Of a stretch of DNA of 64,000 bases, positions 1-14,894 are shown in pieces. The position numbers and the translations under genes were made by a program. Within the stretch, counting starts at the first letter, position 1, and every line of letters starts with the position of its first letter. Source of the stretch: the human T2T-CHM13v2.0 reference genome, Homo sapiens; NCBI RefSeq assembly GCF_009914755.1, contig NC_060927.1; one strand, given 5' to 3'. The notes under the pieces are model-generated. The model made no database searches. It was not told where the DNA came from and worked only from the letters and a program-made list of their open reading frames with translations.

Positions 1-36
1 GATTAATATATTTTTATATTAAAAATTATTCATACA

Positions 37-323
<287 letters not shown>

Positions 324-1203
324 TTATATATACATACGTATATAAACATATATATTTATTTAATTGTTGTTATTGTTATTAGTGTTTCTTACAGCTACTT
401 CAGTTCTGAACTCCTGAGATCAAGCCACTGAGTTCATCAAGCCCACGGCTTATGGTGTTGTCATTTGTCTGTTGTAGGAGGTCATTGCCCCAGGAGGGAA
501 AATTACATTAGAGGCTCTGTCCTTGGCCAAGGTTGAGAAAGCCTGTCCTTGCTTCTCTAGCACTGTCGATGAAATCCACGTCTGTGCATCTTAATGGACA
601 CATCCAAGCAAAACTTGTAATTACAATGCTCAGGTTTTTTTATTGGTTTGTGGTAGTTGGAAGATGGGTGGGAAAGGTTAAGAAAGGGCAGCTGAAGGAG
701 GCAGTGGCTCTATCAATTCCAAAGAAGGAAGTTTCCAGAGGGACCATATTCTCTCCATCTTCCTTGTCTGTCCTATACTTTGTCTTCCTTAAAGTAGACT
801 TATTTAAACTCAGAGCCTGGACTGGGAGAACAAATTAAGTTATGTTCATGCAATGGCATGCAATGCAACTGTAAAAAGAAATGAAGAATATTTATATACT
901 GCTATGGAGTGGCCACTAGGAAGTATTGTTGAATGCAAAGAAAAAAAAAGTGGAGAAAAGTATATATAGTAAATTACCATTTATCTAAAAGTTGGGGTGA
1001 TTAAAAATATATATTTGCTTATTTTAAACAAACATTGGTTAAACTTTTTTTAAAAAAGAAACTACTTACAGGAAGAGGAGACAAGGAGAGAATCTAGATG
1101 TCTCTGAATATATCTAGTTTTGTAGATCTAATTTTAGAACTACTTAATTATTTTAGTAACTATAAAACAAAATCGTTTTTTAAAAAGTAATTCCTAAAAC
1201 TCA

Positions 1204-1530
<327 letters not shown>

Positions 1531-2070
1531 TATCACTATTTGCAACCCCTAATGAAATAATGGAGCTAAACCATTATCATTGATGATAACAGCACAAAAA
1601 GAGAAACAACCAGATACTGTGCCTCCTATTGTAAGTCCACACTAATCCCTATATATTTTTTTTAAATTTCAAACCTGATCTGATCAAGCCTCTACATTCA
1701 GTTAACCATTTATAGAAATACAAGGGACCAAGTAAGATGTTAATTGAACTATGAGGGTACAATCGACAAACTCTAGACTGTGGAAATTCTTCAGGACGAA
1801 GAAATTGCAAGTAAAATTTTTAATAATTAGGAGAAAAATAGAAAGGGAAGGCAGAACTAATAGACAGAAAGAGACTTAAGATTGCACTGTACCGAATTTA
1901 TTGGGATCCTGACTCATACAAATGAGAAGAGGGTGATGGATGAAGGAAGAAGGAGGGACGAAGAGGAGGAGTAGGAAGAGAAAGAGACACAGAGGATGAG
2001 AATGAGAACGAATATGGAGGCAATGGGAACCATGACTGGATAGTTAATGATATTAAGAAATTATTTTTTT

Positions 2071-2397
2071 GGCAAGGCATGGTGGCTCATGCCTGTAATC
2101 CCAGCACTGTGGGAGGTCGAGGCAGGTGGATCACCTGAGGTCAGGAGTTCGAGACCAGCCTGGACAACATGGTGAAACCGTGTCTCTATAAAAAAACCAA
2201 AAATTAGCCAGGCGTGGTGGTGCACGCCTGTAATTCCAGCTACTCATGAAACTGAGGCAGGAGAATCACTTGAACCTGGGAGGTGGAGGTTGTAGTGAGC
2301 CGAGATCGTGCCACTGTACTCCAGGCTGGGCGACAGAACAAGACTCTGTCTCAGAAAAAAAAAAAAAGAAAAAAAAGAAAAAGAAAAGAAAAAGAAA
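2071..2397 (+). mobile_element. Alu (AluSx-like)
   Basis: Dimeric Alu; aagaaattattttt TSD on both sides. Confidence 0.9.
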
Positions 2398-2880
2398 TTA
2401 TTTTTAATTTGTACAGGTATAATAATTCAACTGTAGTTAGGGCTTTTTCAAAGAATGTTTACTTTTTGTGACACATACTGAAATATGGGAATTAAATGAC
2501 ACATCTGCATTTTGCTTTGTGGGAAGCAAGTGGAAGACTGTATGGATGAAATAAGAGTCGATCATTGTTGAAGCTGGGAGATAGATGCATGAGTTTCAAT
2601 ACACTATTCTCTCTACTTTTATTTATATTTGAAATTTTTATAATGAAAACATTTTTTTAAAGTAGGCCCTGGCTTACTTTTTATACAATTGTAATTCATT
2701 CTTTTAGAGGTTGCAAGTATACTGATCAGTGTGACCATACGGGACTTACCACATCCAGCTGTTTTCGACCCCCTACCAAACCCCAATAATTTTCAAAGCC
2801 AATTTGTTTTTTATTTAAAAGTTGTATCACTGCGATTGGTTCCTGGAAATGCTGACAGATGCTGACTGCTTGCTTTTCAG

Positions 2881-3031
2881 GCTCTGGAATCTCCAGCTAT
2901 GGAAATAACCCCCAAGATGTCCCCAGAGCCTTTGAGGAGTGTATGCAAAAAGTCAAGGGGCAGGTTCCATCCCACCTCCACGGATCCACCCCCATTCACC
3001 TGGGAGCCACGGCTGGGATGCGCTTGCTGAG
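2881..3031 (+). CDS. ENTPD3: ENTPD3 coding exon (GSGISSYGNN...HLGATAGMRLLR; ACR2)
   Basis: ttttcag| acceptor, AG|gtaaag donor; ATAGMRLL apyrase motif; missed by the ORF track. Confidence 0.96.
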
Positions 3032-5749
3032 GTAAAGGCTAAGTGGCACAAAGGAGCCCATTTGACCAAAATAACCAAGAATATGTTGAATCTTGCCAAG
3101 AATGTAACTCTATTTCTGGGAACAACCCTCGCCCCCCAAAAAGAAGCCCACATTCTGCCATAAATTTGGGCTTTAAAGGTTGGGAAACTTTTAGTTTTTA
3201 TTTTAATACCCAGAAAGAAACAGTTCTAAAATTGTTTCCCTCTCCCTTGGTGATTTTACTGAGAACTTTGAAAAAGAGAGAGGTCATATGAAATCTGCTC
3301 ATGGGATATAACTCTAGTTCTTTGAAAAGTAGTTGTTTTGACAGTTGGCATTTGACACCTGTGAACAACCAGCTAAGTTTGGTAGTAAGTACAACCCATA
3401 GCTATGTAGCTTCCGCTTGTGTACAAAATACCACTGAAATCTGCTTTAAAACAATGGCATGTCTGCACCTCAAATCAGTCAAAGCTTTTGGAGTTGTTAT
3501 GAAACAAGCATCTAATTTCACTCACTCAAATTAGTTCCTTCTAAATTTGTAGTCATGGCTTTTAGCCCAGTTGCATTGTTTTTGAATGTCTTTTCTCTTT
3601 TTTCTCCATTATAGCATTTCCTTGACCTTGAAATTTCAAAAAAAAATTCCAAAAAGAAACACCAAACTTAAATCTACTCAGAGTAAAGGCTACTACTCCA
3701 AGTGTTGGAATAAGGTTTTATCACAAGAAAACAACACTCATTCTGCTTCAGAGCCACTTTATCTACGATTCCAAGCACGCAAAATTATCTATGTCTGAGC
3801 ATTAATAAAAAAAGAACAAACAGAGCTCCTTTAACATGATAATGAAAAGAAATCATGATGTGCTCTCCATTAGACTGGGCCTTTTCCTTATAGTCTCATA
3901 ATTCTTGTTTCTAATCTGATTTCCTGGTTGACCACATTGAATGTGGAAGGAAGTCAGATTTCTCTGCTCACTCTTGGAATCTGCAGTGTATTTCCAAATT
4001 ATTTCATTTACGTGTAATAGAAATGATCTAAAAACTCCTTCCTTTTGCTTTTTCTTTCTTATAAAAACAGTTCTTCCAAAAAGGATGGAACTGAAACCAT
4101 GTAATCTCAGAGAACACAGAAAGGCAGCCCCTTTACAGGCTATTAATTCCATGGACCTAAAATCCTCATCTGCTATAGTGGATGCTTCCTTAACACGACA
4201 TGTGTGGAGCTACTTATAGAAAAGCCAGCTGCAGGATGTGCTCATGAAGTTTTCAATTTGGAGACTGAATGCTTAGAGCTTAGTTTGTGAAATCCTTCTG
4301 CTTTCAGTCTATTCAATTCCCATTTTCAGACTGAATTTCCTATTTCAGAATACATTAGGATGCTGTTTACTCTCCCTGGGACTTGACTTCAGGTAATAAG
4401 TTTCAGAACAGGACCTGAGCAATACCAACAATATGAATGTGATAAGTGACTACAATCAGGGAGAAATACTGGTTCAATTCCATTAAATGTCTGTAAAAGT
4501 TACTCTAAAATATCTTTGCTTTACCAGTAGTGTTTGTACATATGTAAACTTCTTGGTTGAACTGGCTCTGAACTTATGACTTAAGTAGACTTCTAGTACT
4601 CTAAAAACAAAAACAAAACAAACAAACAAACAAAACAGCTCTTAAGAAACTGACTTTTTCTTGGTTGCTTCCCCTCCCTCCCCCAGTCTTTCAGTGAGAA
4701 ATAATTAAAAGGCTCTGCAATTTACAGCTCATGACAAAAACCATGGAACAGAAAGCTCACCTCTTAGGAAAAAATGAATGTCTCCTTTGAATAAATTAAG
4801 TACTAACTCTTTCTTGTAAAACTGTTTTCTAATGATGATCTATTTCTTCTGAGAAACTAGCTGATATTTTAATTACTAGACAAGTAAAATAGAAAAGAAA
4901 ACAATTAATGAGAATTAGCTGGGATGAGAATTGATGAAACTGGGAAAACTCTGAATTATTTTCCAAGCAGTGATAATTGGCCACGGAATTGGAATGGATC
5001 CTGCTTATAGCCTTGCTCTTTCTTCTTCCTGAGCCAAGAGTCAGCCAGTGCCCCTGGCTTTCTACCCATGGATGAAAGATGAAATAATCTCCCAAGTGAG
5101 CTTTCTTTCATAGGGTAAAATGGCAGCAGATGGACGCCATAACATTCTGTCACCAGGGATAGAATGCTGTGTTGCCACTCCTCTAAGAGTCAGCACACCA
5201 ATGGTTTTTCAATCCAGTGACAGCCATGATGACTGTCATATCCCTTCATGCTGAAGCCCTCCCAAAGAGTGAAGCAAAAACAGCTAAAAACTCAATGTTC
5301 TTCCTTTCCCCCTTCCTACTAAGCTCCCTTTCCGTCTGGTCAGATGAGGGTTCCTTCATATGGTGCCTCCAAGAGATTATTTATGCCACTCTTATGACTT
5401 CATCAATCCCCTTTCCTCTGCTGATCTAAGACAGAGCAATGGCAGTTAAATAGGAGGCTCTTTTGATACATGAACAGATGAGATGGGTGGGGAGAACAAA
5501 TTGTACTTATGCTGAAAGCAATTTTCCTGCTTGGCAGTTTGACAGGTAACAAGTGCATCCTGCCTTCACAGTTGCCCCAGAAGGCTTCAACTTGCAAAAG
5601 GGATTGTGGTGTACAGCACACATCTGGAAAATCATTCATCCCCACCAGCAGGGAGACGGTGAAGTTTGCATTTTCACCTGAGTGAGACTATGTATTTTAA
5701 GACTGTATTGTCTGGGCACTCAGACTTGTTTGTTCTGTGCCTTGTACAG

Positions 5750-5909
5750 GTTGCAAAATGAAACAGCAGCTAATGAAGTCCTTGAAAGCATCCAAAGCTA
5801 CTTCAAGTCCCAGCCCTTTGACTTTAGGGGTGCTCAAATCATTTCTGGGCAAGAAGAAGGGGTATATGGATGGATTACAGCCAACTATTTAATGGGAAAT
5901 TTCCTGGAG
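5750..5909 (+). CDS. ENTPD3: ENTPD3 coding exon (RLQNET...ISGQEEGVYGWITANYLMGNFLE; ACR3 with catalytic Glu)
   Basis: tacag| acceptor, GAG|gtgtgt donor; 160 nt, phase matches the previous exon. Confidence 0.96.
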
Positions 5910-6908
5910 GTGTGTGCAAACAAATGCATGGTTTTTAATCTTACTGTTTATCCTATCCCCTGTGAGTGATAGCCTAAGTAGAGGTACATGCCATCAGGGA
6001 TATCTGCCCTGTATCACTCCTACCATGTAACGCATTAGGGAAATACCTATGAGACAATAGCTAAGAAAGACATATATAGCTGGGGAGAAAACATGGTCAT
6101 AAACAGGACTAAATGCTAGGGAGGGAGGGAATCTTGTCACTTTACTAGCTTGTAAGAAATTGAAGGGGGTGGGATCTAAATTTAACACTAGGCTATGGGT
6201 CTTTGGGAGGGCAGTTGAAGAATAACCCTTCAGAGAGGCTCCATGACCATCTGAAATGTACAAAGCCCTCAGGAAGTCTGTATCCCTAAGTCCCCAGAGA
6301 CAGGAGGAGGTCTTCACTCTGTGTTCCCAGGTCTCCTCACAGTCCAATCCCTGCACTCCCTGCTCCCTTGGTGCAGAGGAAAGTTGACTCCAAGAGACAA
6401 CTGCCATGTTACAGGGGGCACAAAACAGGAGTTACTCAGAGCATATCCAGCCCAAGACCTATTTTGTTCACCTTCAAATGTATTTTAAATTTTTAAATAA
6501 TTACCAACAATTAACATTTGGGAAATTTCACATAAAAATCCATACTTCTAGCTTCTTCTGACCTCCTCACTCCTCCCAAAAATCGGAGGAACTGGTCACA
6601 GTAGACTCACATTCCCGCACGGTAACAGGAACAGAGTGTAAATCATGGACTCTCCAGTTTGACACAGACCCACCAGTCCCTATTATACACCTAATCTACT
6701 TCACTCATTTATTACTTACCTATGTTACCTGCCCAGTTCCTGTAAGCATTTTAATTCACCACCTCTAAAAGAAAAGGAAAGAATTGGCCTCACATGCTCC
6801 CTCTGTCCTACTTCTTAGTAATAGGAGACGAGGCTTGGGTGGAGAACTCTGGGCAAACAGAGATGGTGCCTTTGGCTTTCTTTCTCACTTCCTTTTCCCA
6901 CTGTGCAG

Positions 6909-7142
6909 AAGAACCTGTGGCACATGTGGGTGCACCCGCATGGAGTGGAAACCACGGGTGCCCTGGACTTAGGTGGTGCCTCCACCCAAATATCCTTCGT
7001 GGCAGGAGAGAAGATGGATCTGAACACCAGCGACATCATGCAGGTGTCCCTGTATGGCTACGTATACACGCTCTACACACACAGCTTCCAGTGCTATGGC
7101 CGGAATGAGGCTGAGAAGAAGTTTCTGGCAATGCTCCTGCAG
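6909..7142 (+). CDS. ENTPD3: ENTPD3 coding exon (KNLW...GALDLGGASTQISF...LLQ; ACR4)
   Basis: tgcag| acceptor, CAG|gtactt donor; DLGGASTQ motif; 78 codons. Confidence 0.96.
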
Positions 7143-8291
7143 GTACTTGAGTCGGGGGTAGGGGGTGGCAGGTGTTCTCTTGAGGGTTTGAGCTGAGGGG
7201 AGAATGCCCTGCCTTCTGGGGTCTGTCCTCTCCACTTCAATTGAAAGGTAGATGGAAATAACAGCATTTTCCAATTTACTCCTGGGGGTCCAAGTCCCTT
7301 TCCTCTCTGTCTCTTTCTTCCCCTCCGTCTCCCTCTCATGTTGCCCACTTCCAGTAAATTTGAGTAAGAAGTTTAGGGAAGTTCCAGAGCTTCAGTTGTT
7401 TTGTAAATGACTCAAGACCTGGAATCCCTTTATGGACACAAACTGTTTTAAACCAGGAGCTAAATAAGCCTGAGAATTTTGAGACTCCCCTGGGTGTAGA
7501 CAAAATAATATTAGTGGTCACAAGAGAAATGTGTGCTGAAGGGGGAGAGGGCAGAGCCCTTCCCAGGCTCAGCCTCCTTTTAGATGGGTCTATATTAGGC
7601 AGACTTGATACCCTTATACGGCAGAACTTTAGAGCAACCACATTCCATCATGTTGATCAGTAATTCATTTGATAAGTGTTCCAGGGCCCAGAAGGCTAAT
7701 TCAGGCATCAGCTAGAAAGCTATTGCTAATATTAAACTCAACATTATGCAGTGTGTGTTCATGAGGGCACTAACTCCACAGGTGAGACCCCAGACCCAAA
7801 CACCAGTGCTCAGGGGACATCAATCTTAGCCATGGCTGGGTGGCTGAGAGGATGGGCCTTGACTGCCTAGAGGGGTATGAGGAAATCAGAAGCCACAGAT
7901 CCTGGCTTCTTATGGGACTCAAAGGCAGGGGAATCAGCCTATGAACAAAATGGACACAACTTCAGTAGGTTAACCCACGTTCGTCCAACCTACTCTGATA
8001 ACTGAAGACAGGAACAGACTCTATCCTGCAGAGGAGTTGAAGGGATCACAAAAGTGCATCTTCAGCAGGACTCACAACTTCAGACCCCTGCATTTACCCA
8101 GTGTTCATGCAGGGTAGGTTGTGGGAACTCAGCTTCCAGTTCTGGCCCCTCCCCCAAACATCTCCCCAATCCTCCCAGAAATGGCTGAGGCCCCAGGACA
8201 CATGCATGGGACATTTATTGTCAGGAGAGTCTGAGCACTGCCTGGAAAGGACAGATGTGAGAACCCTGCAGACAGCCCTCAACTACCCTTC

Positions 8292-8668
8292 TGTAGTAAT
8301 CCATGCTCACACTACTATAAAGAAATACCTGAAACTGGGTAATTTATAAAGAAAAGAGGTTTGTTTAATTGGTTCATGGTTCTGTGAGCTGTACAGGTTT
8401 CTGCTTCTAGGGAGGCTTCAGGAAACTTAAAATCATAGTAGAAGGCGAAGCGGAAGCAAGCCCTTCTTACATGGGGGAATAGGAGGAAGAGAGAGAGTGA
8501 AGCGGAAGGTGCCATACAATTTTAAACAACCAGATCTCCTAACAACTCACTCACTATCATGAGAACAGCAAGGGGGAAATCCACCCCCATGCCCCAATCA
8601 CCTCCCACCAGGCCCCTCCTTCAACACTGGGATTACAATTTTACATGAGACAAAGCCAAACCATGTCA
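8292..8668 (-). mobile_element. MST-family MaLR solo LTR
   Basis: TG...CA termini, MST/THE1 signature (aaagaaatacctgaaactgggtaatttataaag), 5-bp TSD CCTTC at 8287-8291 and 8669-8673. Confidence 0.88.
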
Positions 8669-11254
8669 CCTTCCATGGCTCCCATCCCAACTTCCACCTC
8701 CCTGCCCAGTCAGCCAAACCAAACCCTACAGGTAACTCAATCAACCCTCCCTATCAGGGGATCTCAATACTCACCACTCATCCCCACTTGCTCATCAAAG
8801 TAGTTCAACCAACATGCTTCTTTCTTTCTGGGAGAGAAGCTCTGGAAAATCCTCTTTTCTCCAGCTCCTTTTACCTCTAGCAATGCCTAATGTCCTTTGC
8901 TCCAGCTCTGACCCTAGCAGGGGTAGAATGTGGAGGCTCAGGTGAAATCCTCCTTTTTCCAGGGTGAGTGAGGATCAGAGAGGCTAATCCTTTAAATTTG
9001 GCTGGCCCTATGGAATGTGTGTGTTTCTGTCTGTCTGCGTGCCTCTGTGTGTTTTTGTACTCATACAATGTTTACTAAAGAATGATTATCTATGTATCCA
9101 GCAGTCCACAGAGAAGAAGTAAATACTTCACCTTTCTGAGGTCTGATTTAGGCTTGAGAATGCCAGTCTCCAAATGTGAGCCCAGCACTGGCCATGGAGA
9201 AGTGAGCACCCAGCCTCTCACAGTCAGCTCACAGGGACAGGGACACATGTCTTCAATTTGCATGGTAACCTCTAGATGCCTGATAGGGTGGCTCTGCCCT
9301 CGGAGGCTTCTGACTCATGCAAGAGGAGAGACCCAGATGAGATGAGGATTACTGACAAATTCATGTCAAGACTCACCTGACCAACAGTTTCATAGGTCAA
9401 ATATGTATTGCCAAGCCCTGACTTGGAAGGTTCACACAAATTATTGCATTGTAAACACTGACTGAGTAAATTCCATCAGTCTGGATCTTGTTTCCTCATC
9501 TGTAATATAAGGAACTACGTAGTGTGGTGAGAATGATAGCTGGATATGTACTTTGCAAGTTACTTTCTTATCAATAAGTCTCCAGTCACCTTAGAGCTGA
9601 AGTCTCACTCTGACAACATGTTAGATATTAGGAATGTGCATTCACTTTCTATCTTTCCCTTTTTAAGTAAGAAATTTTTCTTCTGTTTTTAATGTAATAT
9701 ATGTTCAGTGAAAAACATTTAGAAGATGCACACCAAAAACTATAAAGGATTTATTTAAAAACAGAATTAACCACTATTAACATACTATTGCATTTTCTTC
9801 CATTTTTTAAATGTATGAATGTGTAAAAACTTGGCTTCATATGGTATATATAATTTTATATTTACCTTTTATTTTACCTAACCATATATTATGATCATTT
9901 TCCTGTGTTGTTAATGTCCTTTTAAAATATGATTTTTTATGAGAGCATAATATTCCAAGTACCATAACTTAAAAAGAAAAAAAATTGACCATTCGATTAT
10001 GAAAGAAAGTACATTCTTATTGTAAAAATTTAAAACCATAGAAAGAGTGTTAAAGTCAAAATGAAAGATCCTCCTTCCAATCCCATTTACTGAATGCCAT
10101 CACTGGTCAAAGCTTAATATGTTGTTCTTCTACACTTTCCAGGTCAGTATATTAACTTATTTTCTTTACTATTTACTATCCCATAATTTATCAATCATAC
10201 CCTCCCTCATGGACATCAGGCTATGTCCTGTTTTGTTGCTACAACAATAATATAATAAGCCTTCTTACTCATATAATCTTAGCGATTTTATTTCTGTAGG
10301 ACAGGTTCAAAGGACAGGTGTATTTTTTTATTTAAATGAACAAACAGGTAATCTTCCAACAAAATTAGAACCATTCAGATTACCACCCATGTTGTGATGA
10401 CTTTTTGAAATAAGCTTCAGGAATTCCAAAACATTCTAATAAGTACTTAGATAATGAGGATCTGTTTCTGGATTTTCTGTTCTATACATTCATTTTTCTA
10501 TTTTGGGGCCAATATCATGTTGTTCTACTTGCAAAAGTCTATTTTTCTACTCTCAGAGGTTTATTTTGAACTTCAAAGTCATTTGAAGCAGTAACAAAAA
10601 AGGAAGTTTTTTGTTGAGATTGTGATTGCAATCACATTGATTCATATATTAATTTGGTTAAAATGTGCTTATTAGTGACATCAACAATTTCTATCCAGAA
10701 TTATACAATGTATTTCCATTTATTTAATTCTTGGCTTGTATCCTTCAATAAAATGTATAGTTTTCATCATTGGTTCTGTACCTCTGTTGTTAAATGTATT
10801 TTCTTTGTGTATATTTTTTAAGCTTTCTATCACTATCAAGAATAGTTTCTATCATTGTTTTTTCCAGTTTTAACCAGTTTTACTCTAAGATCAGATTATG
10901 CTGTAGTTTTCTAGTGGACTTTTCTCCCTCGAGCCCATTGACTGACTTTTTCATGACAGTGCCCTGCAAACACTAAGCTCGGTGAAGACTGTTGAATGTT
11001 GAATGCCTGAACTTGGCACATTGGCAAATTATACTTAAAGAATGCCATAACAAAAATTCAAACACACAAAAAAAGAAAAGAACTAATACTTACTAAGCTT
11101 TTCCTATGTACTAAGTCAGAAATAATTTATGTTATCTTGTTTCTTCTCTGGGCCAAGCCAGAAATAATTTATAGTTTTAATCATTTTAAAAGTATAAATC
11201 TCCCTTCAGACTATACTAGAAAAGAAAAAAAGTACAAATCAGATTTGGAAGTAG

Positions 11255-11603
<349 letters not shown>

Positions 11604-11938
11604 ATATTTTTTCTTTCAACCAATATTTCAGCCATAGGGTGACCCAAGTATGATATGCTATAGATTATATGTAACAATTTTTGAAAATCATAGATTTTTT
11701 TCATACCATAGAGGCAGAAAGGGGCCTGTTTGCCTCTTTCTCAGTCATATGAAGATTTTTCTGGAAAACACTCATTTGGGTTATATTTGATGAATATTAA
11801 GCTTTTATAGGATTTTTGCAGAATCTTGTCACTGACCTTTGTTAAATAATTGCATTACTTGAATATGTACCTCAGTTTCCTCATCAGTAAAATGAAAGGG
11901 TTGGGCTAAATGTCTGAGTCAAGATTTTACTGTAGGGT

Positions 11939-12389
<451 letters not shown>

Positions 12390-13200
12390 AAAAGAAAAGA
12401 TTTTACTGTAGGGGAAGCAGTATGCCTTAGTGGCTTAAGTTGAACATAGTTCAAATCCAATTCCTTAGAAAAGAGAGTTCATAAATTGAATCAACAACAT
12501 TCAGGACTTTAGCATAAAATAGAGTATTTTGCACCAGTAGATTAAAGATTGAATAGTCATATGGAAAAAGTAAAGCCAAGTCTCTGAGTCTTTAAATCAA
12601 ATAAATTTCAATGGATAAAAGATTTATATGTGACAAGGATATTTGTTTGTAATGGCAAAATGATTGGGAACCACCTCAATGTTCATCTAGATGATATTCC
12701 TTAAATAAAGTATGGTTTATTTGTACAGTGGAATACTATGCAGCTACTAAAAAAATAGGCCACTGTATAAGTACAATGAATGGAAAGATCTCAAAGATAT
12801 ATAATTTTAAGTGAGAAAAGCAACGGGTAGAATGGGGTATATAAAGTGCTACCATTTATGGCTTTAAAAAAAGAAAAGCATGGGAGAAAATATATATATT
12901 TGCATGTGCATGCCAGATCTTTGGAAGGATACACAAAAACTGGCAATAGTGATTGTTTCCAGAAAAAGGCCTGATGGCTGCAAGTGGATGAGAAGGAGAC
13001 TTCACTTTCATATGTTTATTTGTACCTTTTGGATTATTTTGCTAGGTGGATGGGTGATATTCTACTTAAAATGATACATTATATATATCCATTTTCTCAC
13101 CAAGTGAAGTTCATAAAACCTGGTTCATAGGGCTATCATAAGAGCTGGATCAGATAATGTGAGAGAGAGCCTAGCGCTATGCCTGGTACGAGGTAATTGT

Positions 13201-13231
<31 letters not shown>

Positions 13232-13397
13232 CCCACCCCTACTTGAATTATCTAGACAACCTGTGATCAAAGACATGCTGACACAGAATGGTATTTTTTG
13301 TTTCTCTCTTGGCATTGGAGGGTAGTGATGGAGAGAATTTGCAAAAGGGAAATACTTGGCTCTCCACAAAAAAAGTGGTTTCTAATACCTTACTCTT

Positions 13398-13891
13398 TTT
13401 TTTTTTTTTTACTTAGAGATTTTATTATTATTATTATTATTATACTTTAAGTTTTAGGGTACATGTGCACAATGTGCAGGTTAGTTACATATGTATACAT
13501 GTACCATGCTGGTGTGCTGCACCCATTAACTCGTCATTTAGCATTAGGTATATCTCCTAATGTTATCCTTCCCCCCTCCCCCCACCCCACAACAGTCCCC
13601 AGAGTGTGATGTTCCCCTTCCTGTGTCCATGTGTTCTCATTGTTCAATTCCCATCTATGAGTGAGAACATGTGGTGTTTGGTTTTTTGTCCTTGCGATAG
13701 TTTACTGAGAATGATGATTTTCAATTTCATCCATGTCCCTACAAAGGACATGAACTCATCATGTTTTATGGCTTCATAGTATTCCATGGTGTATATGTGC
13801 CATATTTTCTTAATCCAGTCTATCACTATTGGACATTTGGGTTGATTCCAAGTCTTTGCTATTGTGAATAGTGCCGCAATAAACATACGTG
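13398..13891 (-). mobile_element. 5'-truncated young L1 (L1PA2/PA3-like), 3' end
   Basis: T-tail, L1PA 3' UTR, ORF2 C-terminus (ORF 13644-13886); 17-bp TSD tctaa(t/c)accttactctt. Confidence 0.92.
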
Positions 13892-13918
13892 TCTAACACC
13901 TTACTCTTATACCTACAG

Positions 13919-14191
13919 AATTCTCCTACCAAAAACCATCTCACCAATCCCTGTTACCCTCGGGATTATAGCATCAGCTTCACCATGGGCCATGTATTTG
14001 ATAGCCTGTGCACTGTGGACCAGAGGCCAGAAAGTTATAACCCCAATGATGTCATCACTTTTGAAGGAACTGGGGACCCATCTCTGTGTAAGGAGAAGGT
14101 GGCTTCCATATTTGACTTCAAAGCTTGCCATGATCAAGAAACCTGTTCTTTTGATGGGGTTTATCAGCCAAAGATTAAAGGGCCATTTGTG
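13919..14191 (+). CDS. ENTPD3: ENTPD3 coding exon (NSPTKNHLTNPCYP...CSFDGVYQPKIKGPFV)
   Basis: ctacag| acceptor, GTG|gtaaga donor; conserved NTPDase cysteines; 91 codons. Confidence 0.96.
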
Positions 14192-14359
14192 GTAAGAGCA
14201 AAACCTTCTGAAAGATTCCTTTCCCCATTGAATATTCATTTCTCACTTTTCTGTTTCTCCTCTGCTGACTTGTTAGCCACCTTCTTATTCCTCACCCATA
14301 AACCTTTCTATTATACCCCATTCTGAGAACTAATTTTCTTCTGTATTACTTATTTCCAG

Positions 14360-14470
14360 GCTTTTGCAGGATTCTACTACACAGCCAGTGCTTTAAATCT
14401 TTCAGGTAGCTTTTCCCTGGACACCTTCAACTCCAGCACCTGGAATTTCTGCTCACAGAATTGGAGTCAG
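14360..14470 (+). CDS. ENTPD3: ENTPD3 coding exon (AFAGFYYTAS...NFCSQNWSQ)
   Basis: ttccag| acceptor, CAG|gtcagt donor; 37 codons; AFxGFYY motif. Confidence 0.95.
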
Positions 14471-14894
14471 GTCAGTATTTAAAGAGAAGGGATCAATGTC
14501 AGTACAAAAAAATATGGTAGAATCTATTCTATGTGTGTGTATTCTGAATTTAGCCTTTATGCTCTTCTATTTCCATCACATCTGTAAAATAAAAGGAATA
14601 AGGGAATCTACTCCCACACCTGTGGTGTGAATTAATGTTATAACTACATGCACAATGGTTAGAACAATATTTGGCATATAATAAGCACTCAATGAGTTTA
14701 AAGATTAGTATATTGTGATATTATATAGGGATATTTTCATAATTATATTGTGTGATTATATGATTGTATTATAAAGTATTTTCTATTATGAAATTATGGG
14801 TGATAAGATTCTTTAAAACATGACTTTTAACCCAAGGTGTTCATTTTAAAACATACCTGCCTGCCCTGCCTCTCAGATGTTTTAAACCTTTCAG

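Noticed and set aside
14360-14369. Alternative acceptor ttttgcag 10 nt into an ENTPD3 exon
   Set aside because: Would shift the frame; the upstream AG gives the conserved AFAGFYY sequence.
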